Source: Lama glama
Taxonomy: Eukaryota
Direction: 5' to 3'
NCBI GenBank assembly: GCA_028534125.1
Contig: CM052817.1
Coordinates: 19,408,001 to 19,472,000, forward strand
Length of the DNA stretch: 64,000 nucleotides
Shown here: positions 52,400-64,000 of the stretch, in pieces
Numbering within the stretch: position 1 is the first letter of the stretch
Layout of the letters: each line of letters starts with the position of its first letter
Position numbers and translations under genes: made by a program
Notes under the pieces: generated by a model
The model's input: only the letters and a program-made list of their open reading frames with translations
What the model was told of the DNA's origin: nothing
Database searches by the model: none

Positions 52400-53624
52400 C
52401 CCTCAAGCTGTGTTATTTGAAGAAATGTGTATTGACTCTTCCAGGAGAATGACAAAGACACATGGAGGTCAGAGGCTCTCAACAGGAGAGGCAGTTCTAG
52501 GGAACAGAAGTCGATTATATAAACTATCAATTGATTATGAAGCCAAAGTAAATGTCAGTCCCCTTATATACCTTTGAGAAAAGGATGCTGAGATATACAA
52601 TAACAGCACAGTGGTTGGCCAAGTTCTCCAAACTCTGACAAAACAAGCGCCCATATGTAGCTCCTTAATGTGCAGCATAATGAGACATAAAACAGTGAAA
52701 TCAGGCATTTTGTTCTGAATAACCAAAGTCATCATTCATTGAAAAGGACATATGTATATCCAAGATGGGGTCTTAAACTATAGTAAAACCTTCAATTTAT
52801 CACCATCACCTTCCATTTAATGTTTCCAACTTCTTTGGCCACGTCAAGGAAACTTGGGGCAGGATGGAAAGCCTTGGAGGGAGGGATTCACTGGAATTAA
52901 AAACTCAGTTTAAAGCTAGTCCCTTTTGCTCTGTGGATCTTTGCTTTAGCTATTTATACTTGAGGGAACAAATCACTGAGAATTTTGATTCTGTGTACTG
53001 GGGGTGGTATTAATTTATTTCCATCTGCATAGGATTCAAGAGAAAAAAATTTTAATGAGCTCTGCACAAGCTTTTTAACCAAACAAATTTGGGTTCAAAT
53101 CCCGACCTGGTGGTGTTATCATCAGAAAGTTGTCACATTTCTCGGTTTACTCCTCTCAAAAGAAAATGATAACTACTTCATGGAGATCATCGAATGGGAA
53201 AGTTTTTAGAAACTCTGTTGTAGGTCATGGTAGAGTAGATATTCAATGCTTCTTCCCTCCATAAGAAGACAAAGTAGCCACTTTGCACTGTACAACCGTA
53301 TAGAATGTATCAGCCTCTTAAATCATTCTATATACATTCCCTAAACGGTGATTATGTCCAAATATTTACAATCGGGGTTTCCAAGGACTTTCTTGATTCT
53401 TGAGGAGCCAAGTGCAGGGGAAACTGCATCACTTTCTGTCTGTTACTCAATTGATGCCCTCTAGTTCCCTGGCTTTCCTCCCATCGCTCCTGAAGTCTCT
53501 CGGCATCCGCAGCCCTGCTCTAACCCTTCACTGGGTTAGACTGAGCTATTCGTTTAACATCTAATTGAGTCATTGGACAGTATCTCTGACATTGCCACAA
53601 AGGACAACTGATCGACCTGCACAC

Positions 53625-54780
53625 CCCATGCCCGCCATCCCTTTGCAAATCTATCCGTCTCTGTAATTGACACCATTTCCATCCAGTTGCTCAGCCTAAA
53701 AGCTGAGGAGGATGCACGAGCTTGCTGGTTTCACTTCTTTGTGATGGTAAGTTCACTCAGGTTTCCCTTAAAAATGATATCCCCAAACAACCATTTCTTC
53801 CCATTTCCTCTGCTAAAGCTATGACCGTCTCTCACCTAGACTAACATTAGAGTCTCCTAATAGGTTTTCCTGCCTTGACTCTTTAGCTCCCTTAATGTAC
53901 ATTCTCTGCCAAAGATTCTGACAAAGACCCTTCTAACCGAACTAGGCAGTCTCTTCTGAGCCCTGTTTCAGACTGAGTCTCATCCCTGGGCCCTGTCCTT
54001 GGCCTGCTGAAGCCAGTTTTAGCAAAGAACCTTGATAAGTCAGCTGAACAAGAATGCCTGCCCTTGGTACCTGAACACTCTTGATATCTGATCGAGTTCG
54101 CCATCCCCCACTTTGACATGTAAGACCTTGGCGGGTCTTTGGCAAGAATCTCCTTATTCTTGAGGTCTCCTCTTAGTGATTTTCCTCCCACTGACTTTCT
54201 CACTTGGCTTGTTGGCTCTTAACCCCCAGCTGTCTTTGCTGTATTTGGAATTGAGCTCAGTTGTATTATGGCAGAAGCCTCCTCCTCCAACTGTGGCAGT
54301 TACTGAATGAAATTGGTCTTTACTGCGTTAGTGTCCAGCTGTTTTTCTCTTGGAGATTAGTTACCTTTCTTCAGAAAGTAGTCACACTTTATAAACTATG
54401 ACTCACTTCTTGTTATTTCCCAATGAATTAGAATGAAATCCTATATTCTTTGCCAGTCTTCAAGATATTACATAATCTGAACCTCTCTGATTTTTCTTCT
54501 GCTTTCTTCCCTCTTTTTCCTTAGATTTTTCATATAGCTGCATCTTTCTCAGCAGTTAGGATGTTGTTTAAATGCCAATTTTCTCAGAAGGGCTTCAGTG
54601 AATTCCCTACCCCAAGTCACATCCCCTCAGTCCCATCACTATGTCATTATTCTGTTTATTTTCTTTGTTGCCCCTCCCAGTGTTTAAAATGTTCTTCTTA
54701 TTAATTTATGTGATTATTGTCTGAGTCCTTGCAGTGAAACAGAGCCAGGCTTTTGATGCGTGCTGAGTAAATATTTTTCA
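53625..54780 (+). mobile_element. L2 relic interrupted by MER31-like LTR
   Basis: caccatttccatccagttgctcagcctaaa...tctctcacctagacta...ctcctaataggttttcctgcc, continuing after 54360 to gtgctgagtaaatattt. Confidence 0.65.
53919..54355 (+). mobile_element. ERV1 solo LTR, MER31-like
   Basis: tgacaaagaccc...ctgagccct...ccagttttagcaaagaacct...cttgatatctgatc...gctgtatttggaattgagctcagtt match recalled MER31 blocks. Confidence 0.75.
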
Positions 54781-56149
54781 CTAGCTATCTGCCTGCCTGC
54801 TTGTTTGTCCTATAGAACCAGGAGGTGAGAATCATAAACGCAAAATAACATAAAAAATAAAGAAAACACACTACAACCTAGGGGGAAAAAAAAAACATGT
54901 TTTGCTGTTCAATAATGAAAACAGTTTTTCAAAAGTTTCCATCAGGAGCCATCCTATTGGAAATGAATAAATAATATATAGAGCAGGATACACACATTCT
55001 TAATTTTAGACCAAAAGCTTGACTAACCTCTTAAAATCCTTAATGTTCTAGATGAAAAGTCACCTCAGGGGGCAATTAGAGGATATACTCATTAAACCAA
55101 TCATACAAAGGCCGCGCAGCCTGGGTGAAACAGGTTAGGCAGGACCATTAAGAAGTAACCTGGAAAACCAGTCATTTGAACGACTTTGCCTCGGAGGGTA
55201 CCTCACAGCAAGCAGACACCAGGCAACTGCATTTGGTTTCAAGTTCAAAGTTACAGAGTACAAAGGGTAAAGGAACTCTGCCCTCCCTTCTTATTTAACT
55301 AGTTTTAATTTGAACTTCAGTATGGAAGTTGGGTGACAAAGAAGTACATCCTAAAGACTTGACAAAATGCTGAGTTTATTTAAGTTGCATAAGGTATTTA
55401 AAATGGGTCCGTAGCTTAGGAACAAGGGTAAGATCTCCTCCACCTCTCCCATCAATAATAGCCCAAAGTGACCAGAAACTTTGGTGTTTGGTGGCTAAAG
55501 CTGAGCCCTTCAATCATAAAACTGATGTCCCCTTTTTATATAATTGTCTCTGGTACATCTGGAGAAGGAAAATCAGGCTTAAGAAACTAAGAGAGACATA
55601 GGCATGATGGAGACCTACAATACAGACAAAAAATGATTTATCTTTTTATCTTGCGAACAAGACCTATAGCAAAGTAGAGATCCAAAACCTTATACAGAGC
55701 CATCATGAAGATGGATCAGACGTCAGAAAAAAAAAAAAAAAGTTCATTTCTCCATGCCTTTCTAACCTCTGCCACCAGTTTCAGAATTAAATTGCTCTTT
55801 TCTTTTTGAGTTAGTAATTTGTCTCTTTGATTTCTCAGTTATTGAGAAAACAACAAAATATCATGTCTGCTGAAACTCAGGCAGAACTTCTTCCTTTTCT
55901 GAAAGAAAGGAGACACCTCCATGGGCCAGGTCTGGAGACAGTCCTGAGAAATAACATATTGAGTCATTCTCTGGGGCTGGGTGACCTAATCAATAGCACT
56001 GATAGTTTTTCCACTTATAAGCTTGGACTTCCTCACCTAGGACTTAGAGGCTTAATAAATCTGTGGTCTGTTTCAAACAAGGCTTCAACTGACAAAGGTA
56101 AGAATAAGAGGGATGGAGATAAATCATGATTCTTTTCTTCCAAAATTAT

Positions 56150-56294
56150 TATTTTATTTTATATTTTGGTGGAGGGATGTAATTAGGTTTATTTATTTAC
56201 TTATTATTTTTAGAGGAGGTGCTGGGGATTGAACCTGAGACCTCATGCATGCCGAGCATGTGCTCTATCACTTGAGCTATAATATACCTCCCCC
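56150..56294 (-). mobile_element. tRNA-derived SINE, camelid Vic-1-like
   Basis: Same family as 1431-1576 (TATAGCTCAAGTGATAGAGCACATGCTCGGCATGCATGAGGTCTCAGGTTCAATCCCCAG). Short TSD caaaatta(t/c)t at 56141 and 56296. Confidence 0.88.
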
Positions 56295-57681
56295 TCAAAA
56301 TTACTTTTTGTCACCTAGGGTAAGATTTCAATCTAATTTTTTAAAACTATATCTGGTTAATATTTACGGCCTTTAAGAAGACAACGTTCTTTTAGGAGAA
56401 TGAGATAGCGACATGAGCCCTATCTCTGGCTCTGTTTTTAAATCTTGAGAGTATGACTTTGGGCATTCCTTGAGACTGATGAGCCAGTGCATTGACTAGC
56501 CAACGCAATTCACATTGTTGAAGTCAACATAAGCAGAAACTCCTGAAGTTGTGCAGTCCTGGCTCTAAATACCTGAATCCAGTGGACCTGGTCATCTCAA
56601 CATCTATGACAGTCACTAACAGAGAGAGGACTTGGAACTCGATAATTTCTAAGCTCCTAAACAGCTGTAAAACCATGTGGTTCTTTCTGCTTCTTCGGCG
56701 CTTTACAAAATTAGCAAGATCTCTCAGCAAAAGGGTTCCCAAGGGTTCTCAAAGAGAGTCTAGACTTTGAGAATTCATTGCTTGAATTTTGGAAAACGCT
56801 CAGCCACTGTCTTTTTGAATATTACCTCCTCATTATGATGTTTTCTTTCTTCTAAAAGCTCAATTACTTTTACGTTGAAACTTTTTAGCCATTCTCACAT
56901 CTCATGTTCTGTGTAATAGTTCCCATCTCTGTACTATACTCTATTTACTATATTTAGATTGAAAAACTTGTTTACCAATTTTTTCTGCTGTGAGTTTTTA
57001 TTGGTTTAGCATTCAAATATGTAGTTTAAAATCAATTTATTTTTCTTTCCTAGGATTTGAGTTTATTTTTGTTTGTCTTTTAATATTGCTCTATTTTTAT
57101 GTCTCTTGTTTTATAGAATCTTAGTAGCTATTTTTATTTACTTAAACATAGACATCATTATGCCATGTGTTTGGGCTCCAAATTAAAAAACAGATCACAC
57201 TAGGAAAAATATTTTTTATGTATCTCTTGAAGGATTAGCATTGAGAAATTACTCCTAAAATTCCTAAGAAATCAAGCCAATAAAAGTGATGGTAATGACA
57301 CGGATGGCAGAATATATTTTTAAAAGTTTAAACTGCAGTAATAAACAGGGAAATAAAAATTAAAACTACAATGAGATGACTATAAATCCAATAGACTGGT
57401 AAAAATTTTAATTGTTTGATAATACCAAATGTTTTCAAATATGTGATGTAATGGGAACTGTGATGTCAGTACTGATAGAAGTAACATAATTAAAAACAAT
57501 TTGTAAAATTACTTGTTATCTTTTGTAAAGTTCTACATTTCAAATTATATAATTTACCCATCCGTTTGATTGAACATACACACTTTACAGAAACTCTTGC
57601 ACATGGACACCAGCAGACAAACACAGTAATGATTGAGTTTGTAACAGCAAAACAAATGAAAATCTAACCCAAATGTTCAAC

Positions 57682-58288
57682 TGTTACCTGAAAACTGAGT
57701 TCACCTCTTGATGGTTGTTGACCCAAAAGACACAACCAAGCCAAAGAGTGGGAGAAGGAAGGATTTATTACTTGCAGCAAGTGAGGAGAACATGGGTGAT
57801 CTTTTCCAAAGCAGTGTCTCCCCAGTAACAAAACTGGGGAAGTTCTAAGCTAAGGGTACATGCATATTCATGAAAGGGCTTGGATGATGTCATAGAATTT
57901 GGGCAAAGGTCAACAGAGTCCAAGCTTTAGTTGACTGACATCACAAGGCTCAGAAAAGGTCACAATCATTATCTTTTAGGTTCCAATTGATCTGGTGGTT
58001 GAGCGCTTCAGGTTAATCTTTCTGACTGAAACAGAATTGGGAGTCTTTACAACTAATATCTTTGCTGTTGCTACTTCTCTTACCTGATAACAGTCATTTA
58101 TTCCTACATTCCTTGTCCCTTCAAGACCATTAATTATTGAGACCTGTTCAAGGACAGGATTATTCAAGGATAAGCATTGTGGCCAAGTTTAGATCACAAA
58201 ATGGCTTAGGTCAAAATGACTTCTCTTATGTCAAGAAAGCCATGCCCAGTTCTCTTTCTCCAGGGACCCACTACCCTGTCTGCTTCTA
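57682..58288 (-). mobile_element. ERV1-class solo LTR
   Basis: Starts TGTTAC. Minus-strand AATAAA (tttatt) near the left end. Degenerate TSD caac/aaac. Cleanly interrupts the L1M sequence. Confidence 0.78.
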
Positions 58289-58561
58289 AAACAAGAGAAT
58301 GAATAAATACACTACAGTAGATTAAAAAAGTTGAAAATTAAGTGGTATTACATACATGATAGATGACTATTAGAATAAGTCATATTTTTGCTATTAAAAA
58401 AGGAGATCATAGGAAAACAAACAGAACTAAAGTGATATATATATATATATATATGGTAAAGATGTAAAAAACAAAATAAAAGAATAATTTAAAAAATAAG
58501 CTTAAATCAGTATTCCATGTTGTCTTTAAGAGAACAGCTAAGGTTATCGGGGATAGACAGG

Positions 58562-58950
58562 TGTTAAAAAAATTCAACTGAATAAATTAAAGATCTAATT
58601 GACTTTATTCAGTGATTTATGAATTGGGCAGCATCCCATCTGGCAAATATAAAGGGGCTCCAAGAAGTGTACATAGTGAAGGATTTTTTCAGGTAAGAAA
58701 AGCTGGGACAAAGAAGTTACTAGCAAAGAGTGGGTTATTATAGGCAAGGTCACCTTCCTTTGGCAAAAGGCAGGGGACTGTCCGGCAGATTATCTCACTA
58801 GTGCTAATCAGGTAATTCCAGATGGACTGGTTTAAAATTCCACTTCTGGGACAGGTTGAAACTATAATTAAGCTAGGTATTATTTCTCAGTTTGGTGATG
58901 TGAGCTTAGCACAAGTGACACCATTTCAAGCCTGTTGACTTTTTTTAACA
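58562..58950 (-). mobile_element. ERV1-class solo LTR
   Basis: TGTTAAAA...TTTAACA termini, 4-bp TSD cagg/catg, minus-strand AATAAA near the left end. Confidence 0.78.
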
Positions 58951-60641
58951 CATGGAACTACAAGTTTATATAATAATTGTTACTTTGATTTCTGAGTCTA
59001 CAAGTGTTAATTTTATTGTTGTGCTTAATTTAGGTTACATACTTTATATGTATTAATTAATCTAAGTTGAAGTATAGTTTTTAAGTCCAATTTTAAGTTA
59101 ATATACACCAGTCTGTTAACTCAGTTTAGTTCTAAGGTTGGGGGCTTGTTAGATTATAAAGGATCTTCATTTGATATATATATTATTAATCGTCTTTACC
59201 TTTGCACATATGTGTTATTTGATAGCTGATGATACTTTCCAACAGAGAATATTGTCTGATGCAACCATTCCTTAGAGAATAAAGGAATGGGAGAACCATG
59301 TACACTATCTGCACCCCAGACATGTTAATTTCTAGACTTTCCCTCAAATCAAGACCACACCCACATTTCAAGTCTTCCTTCTTTGGATATGTTATGAAAT
59401 TGTCCCCAGGTCTCAGGAGGAAAATCAAACACATTTCTACTTTGAGGTGTTTCAAAATGAAGGAAAAAAAAGATTAATGTATTTTTCAGTGAAAAAGATG
59501 CTAGCATTTTCTGAAAAACAGTTACCAGAAAGTTGTCATAAAAATTGATGCTCCATTGCTCTCTAAAAGTATTCAATTACAATGTTGTTTTAAGTACCTA
59601 ATATGTCAGATTAACTAAAACCCAGTTTTTCCTTAAGCTACATTTTTTCCCCCCTTGAATTGCTCTTTCAAGGCATCCAATAAACAAGGCAGGCTTTCTT
59701 TAATTACTGAAGTCTAGTTATGAAAGGAGAATGATCAGAGGAAAGGAGGTTGTAGTTGGCTTTCACTGTTCTTTTGTTATCTCTTCTGTTTCCTGCTGTG
59801 ATACAAATGATTCTCTTTAGCTTGCTGACAGTGGCATTTGCTTTGGGCTAAAAAAAAAAAAGCCTCAGAACACCAGCTAGAAAAATGAATGTTTGTTATT
59901 TCAACAAATTGCAACATCTTCAAAATCCAACATTTGTCCTTATCACACAGTTGTAATAATATGAACAATGTAGCCTATCCCTCTGTTATGGAATAGCCTT
60001 AGTGCTCAGCTTCTGGGATGAAGTCAAAGATACATCATCAAGAACACCATGGTGTGAAGTTTGAAACAATTAAATTAACTGGGATTAAGCTTAAACGCAT
60101 AATAAAATCATCTTTGAAATCATTTAGCAATCCTTAGGTCATTCCCTCTTATTCTTTGGAAATGGTATCTCCTGGATTAATGTCACTGTCCCTGACACTG
60201 CTTCTGTCATAATTCTAGCTTTTATCAATACCTAGATTTATGCTCATTCTTACACTCTCTTCTCTTAGGTTTTTCTTATTCACTCTACCTCAACTTCAGT
60301 AACACTAAGGTCATGATCTAAGTTTTGTTATTACAAATATTGCATCTTTCCATAATTCCAATATCAAGTATTCCATTCTCCACCACAGACTCCTCTCTCT
60401 CTCGACTCTCTGACTCTGAAACCTAACTCCCACAATGCTTTGACCCTATGTCGCTTAATTTTTCTCCCATTCACTATCACTCACTGATGTTCTTACTTCC
60501 TTTCTCACAGAGCTTAAATTTCATGGTTAATCATCATAAATCTTCCCATACATACACTCTGAGGAATGTTGCCTCCCTTGCTTTGTTGTAATGTCTTAGC
60601 AAGACTCCAAATCTGGTTAAAACTAAACTCATGTTTTAACT

Positions 60642-61130
60642 TGTATCCTTACTTGGCAGTTAGCTAGGGTAAAGGATACATTGTTTGAATAAAGAAACCT
60701 CCAAAATGTAAGGATCCAAATAAAACAGAAGTTCATTTTTTCCTCAACTAAAGATACCAAGACAAGTGGTCCAGTTTAGCAGCGAGCCTGGACTCCATGC
60801 AGACATGGATTGGGTTTCCTTTTTCCTTTCCCATTGTTACAGCGTTATCCTTACTTCCTGACTAGAGTTGGGTAACTAGGCATGACCATGACTTAATTCA
60901 TATAATCTGGAAAGAGCGGAGATGTAGTTTAATAACATTCCTTTTAACAGCTGAGGCAGGAGCCTCCTTTATTCACTTCTGCTCACACTCCCAGGTAAGG
61001 TTTTGTCACATTTCTGCACCTCTGTAAGAGGGAATCTGTGAAATAGAAAAGTCTAGGCTGGAAAGACATTTGTATAACTTGACCTGATTACATGAAAGGG
61101 ATTTTGGTGGAAAGTTAACAGCTGTTGTAT
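60642..61130 (-). mobile_element. Old MaLR LTR (MLT1J/K-like)
   Basis: aataaaacagaagttcattttttcctca...tcacttctgctcacactcc...gtcacat...gaaatagaaaagtctaggctgg. Confidence 0.5.
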
Positions 61131-62642
61131 CTGAACATTTGTTGACAAATATTATGTCAAATTCAGAACTACTGACCATGAGTGGTCTCTTAATTATGTT
61201 TGACAATTATAATATTTTTTTAGATGTCTCCTTTCTAGACCCATTTTATACGTATCTATAACTTTTCTTTTATGTCACTGAGTAAATAAAAACAATCAGA
61301 ACGTCAATTTGAGACACATCCGAACATCTACTCATCTCCCTACATTAGCCTCCATATATTGTTTCTTCCCATTTCTTACTGTATATGAATCCTCTGTGAC
61401 TGTAAGCTAAGCTATCCGTGAGTACATTAGGTATCAACTGATTTCACATATCCAGGGCCACCTTCGTAGGAGTTTTCCCTTTCTCTTCTGTATTATCAAT
61501 TCCCCCTTTTTATTGAGTCATCTACATCACCATAAAAATATATTTGTAGTATATATATGGTATATATTTATGGTTTACCATATGGAATAATTAAATATGC
61601 CATCTTTAAAATAAAGGAATCCCTCTTGATATCATATATCACACTAGTCCCCCTATTTATGTTCCTAATTACTGTAAAGTGTTTTTGAAATAGTGGTCAA
61701 TAAATGTCTTTGTTTCCCTTTCTCTATCTCTGTCTTTCTCCCTCTCTCTTTGTATATGTATCTTTATTGCCTCCAGCACTCCCCCAAAGCTACTATTCTC
61801 AGGATTACAAATGACATTCATTTTGCTAACTCTAATGGCCGATTTTATTTTCAGTGCTCATCTTACATGACCTTTCAGCATCATTTAACACAATCACTCT
61901 ACCTAGGAGCATTACATTAGATATGCATGGGACCACAAGCCTCTTGTTTTCCTTCTACTTCACTAGCCAGTCTTTCTCATTCTCATTTCGACTTCTTCCT
62001 TATCACTCTGCTGCTAAAGGTTGGAAATACCCTTGGACTTAGTTTTTTTTGATCTATGCTGCTTCTTGTAGTAATCTCACCCAGTTTCATGGCTTTAAGC
62101 ATTAACTATATGTTAAAGAATCCAGACTTGTGTGTCTTACAATGCACTTATCATTCTCCCTTAGATGTCGAATAGGGATCTGAAATATAAAATGTTTAAA
62201 TCTAGCCTCTTCACCTTCACCCCTACATCTCATCCTCCCATTTCAATTAACGGCAATTTCATTCCCCTAATTGCTGAGACAGAAAACAGAGCTATCTTTG
62301 AATACATTATTTCATGCCATTCATTCATTCTTTCAGCAAATGCAATTGGTTTTAGTTTCACAATAGAGACAGATTCTAAATATTTTTTCACCATCATTAT
62401 CACTCTGATCTAAGCTACACCATTGCTCACTTCTATTACTACAAATGGTTCCTAATTATTCTCCCCAGTTCGGTCTTTTCCTCCAAAGTCATTCTTAGCA
62501 AGATCGGTAGAGTGATCCTGTTAAGGTCAAGGCTAATCATGACACTCCTGTGCCCAAAACGTTCAAGTGGCCTCTCATCTCAAAGTCTTACATATTTATA
62601 GTGGCCTAGCCTCTCCTCATCTTTCTAATTTCACCTCCCACC

Positions 62643-62870
62643 ATGCAGTGGTTCAGTGCATGGGCTCAGAAGCCTGATGTTTTTAGGTTCAAATGATGGT
62701 CCCATCACTTTCCAAATGTTATTTAACCCTTGTACTCCTCAGTGTCCTCTTCTGTACAATGGGGATAATAACACCTATATCACTGGGGTTTTTTGAGATT
62801 AAATGAGTTAAATAAAAAGTACCTAGAATATTCCTGATACAGTATCAGTGCTCAGTAAGCATTAGTTTCT
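62643..62870 (+). mobile_element. MIR
   Basis: cagtggttcagtgcatgggctc...cctcagtgtcctcttctgtacaatggggataataacacctat...gagattaaatgag...gtgctcagtaagcattag. Confidence 0.8.
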
Positions 62871-63249
62871 ACTTCTTTCTTTCTCTCACTCAGTTTCCAC
62901 TATCCAGTGACTCCTTATTGCTCCTTAAATGGATTTAGTCTATTCTTTCCTCAGAGCCCTAATACCTGTTTCCTTTTTGCTTTGCCTGAGTTCCATACCC
63001 CCACGTATTCTCACAACTTCTGTTCTCATCTCATTTCAGTCTTTGCTCAAAGTTCAGTGAGGCTTCTATGACCACCATATTTAAAGTTGAATTGCCAACC
63101 CTGCATTGGTCCCTCCCATCCTCATCTACATGAGCTTGTCACTGTCATGCATATATTTACTATTTCTTGCCCCTAAACCCTAGAAAAGGGGCAAATACTC
63201 AACAAATATGTATTGAGTAAATAAATGAACAAAATATAACTTATTGTGT

Positions 63250-63460
63250 GTTCACTATTTCTCAATTATTGCATTCAACTTACGCACATTTACCATACTT
63301 TATCCTTACAGCAATCCACTAGGCAGACATAACCTCTGTTTTACAAATTCAAAACCAAAACCTCTGAGAAGTTGCATAATTTGCCTAAGATCACAAAGCT
63401 ACAAACTGATAGACTGGAACTCAGACTGATATCTTTACGACTCTAATACACATTTCACAT
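63250..63460 (-). mobile_element. MIR fragment
   Basis: atccttacagcaatcc...ctctgagaagttgcataatttgcctaagatcacaaagcta...ggaactcagac. Confidence 0.6.
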
Positions 63461-63632
63461 GGTCCTTTAAATAACAAATCAAGTTAATTTTTATGACTTC
63501 ATGTTGCAGAAAAATTAAGATTGCATATGCTTTATACCTAGATGCTAATATTTATCCTGGATGATATTTAAAAGTTGAAACTTGTATTTTAGGTTGTACT
63601 GGCTTTAAAAATGTTTAAAGATCCTTTGTATT

Positions 63633-64000
63633 CTCTAACATCATATTCAAAAACCAACTCAAAATAGGTAGAAAACCTAAATATAAGACCAGATACCATA
63701 AAACTTCTAGAGAAAAATATAGGCAGAACACTCTTTGGCACAAATTGTAGCACTATTTTATTGGATCTGTCTCCTCAGGCAAAGGAAATAAAAACAAATA
63801 TAAACAAATGGGACCTAATCAAACTCTAAAGCTTTTGCACAGCAAAGGAAACAGTCAACAAAATGAAAAGACAACCTACTAAATGGGAGAAGATATTTGT
63901 AAACAATATAACTGATAAAGGGTTAACAGCCAAAATATATAAAGAGCTCATAACACTGAATATCTAAAAAAAAAGAAAAAATTGATTTAAAAATGAGCAG
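63633..64000 (+). mobile_element. L1 ORF2 C-terminal relic, runs off window
   Basis: Translates LNIRPDTIKLLEKNIGRTLF...[32 protein letters not shown]...[12 protein letters not shown], which is canonical L1 ORF2p C-terminal sequence with in-frame stops. Confidence 0.95.

Larger units (their letters stand above)
57325..59060 (+). mobile_element. Old L1M (L1MC/ME-like) 3' region split by two LTR insertions
   Basis: gggaaataaaaattaaaactacaatgagat...gataataccaaatgtt...gaaactcttgcacatg...aacccaaatgttc, resuming at aacaagagaatgaataaa after the LTR. Confidence 0.65.
60190..63230 (+). mobile_element. Long L2 relic including degenerate RT coding region and 3' terminus
   Basis: ORF-track peptides QHSPKATILRITNDIHFANSNG and (V)LILHDLSASFNTI resemble the L2/CR1 RT motifs HSTETAL..VTND and LLDLSAAFDTV. 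3' end actcaacaaatatgtattgagtaaataaatgaa. Interrupted by MLT1 and MIR. Confidence 0.8.

Noticed and set aside
1..64000. All ORF-track entries as protein-coding genes
   Set aside because: All are 131 aa or shorter, many start at non-ATG codons, they are rich in F/L/I/Y/K as expected for random AT-rich DNA, and many overlap repeats. No recognisable domain apart from LINE relics.
1..64000. A prokaryotic-style novel system (operon, CRISPR array, defence island, prophage)
   Set aside because: The sequence is mammalian repeat-rich DNA, with no gene-dense segment, no regularly spaced repeat-spacer array and no compositional island.

Overview
AT-rich, CpG-poor mammalian genomic DNA. It is most likely camelid (alpaca/llama/camel): two tRNA-derived SINEs match my recollection of the Vic-1-type camelid SINE, and I see no Alu, B1/B2, Bov-A/BovB or PRE-1. 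I cannot support any intact protein-coding gene. The ORF track consists of short chance ORFs plus decayed LINE remnants. The window reads as intergenic or deep-intronic sequence full of interspersed repeats: about 9 ERV1-class solo LTRs (two with perfect 4-bp TSDs), about 8 MaLR (MLT1) LTRs, L1 3' ends and an L1 ORF2 relic, long L2 relics, MIRs, a few DNA-transposon MITEs, microsatellites and one 100-N assembly gap. The most striking item is a 5' half of tRNA-Cys(GCA), ending at the anticodon, inserted without a poly(A) tail between perfect 17-bp target-site duplications (15402-15472), i.e. a tailless tRNA retropseudogene. Other points of interest are a seemingly chimeric 990-bp LTR, an RFX X-box plus TATA pair at the left edge, and a degenerate ~96-bp palindrome. 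I found no evidence of a new multi-gene biological system. All repeat family names come from recalled consensus sequences, not a database search, and boundaries without TSD support are approximate.
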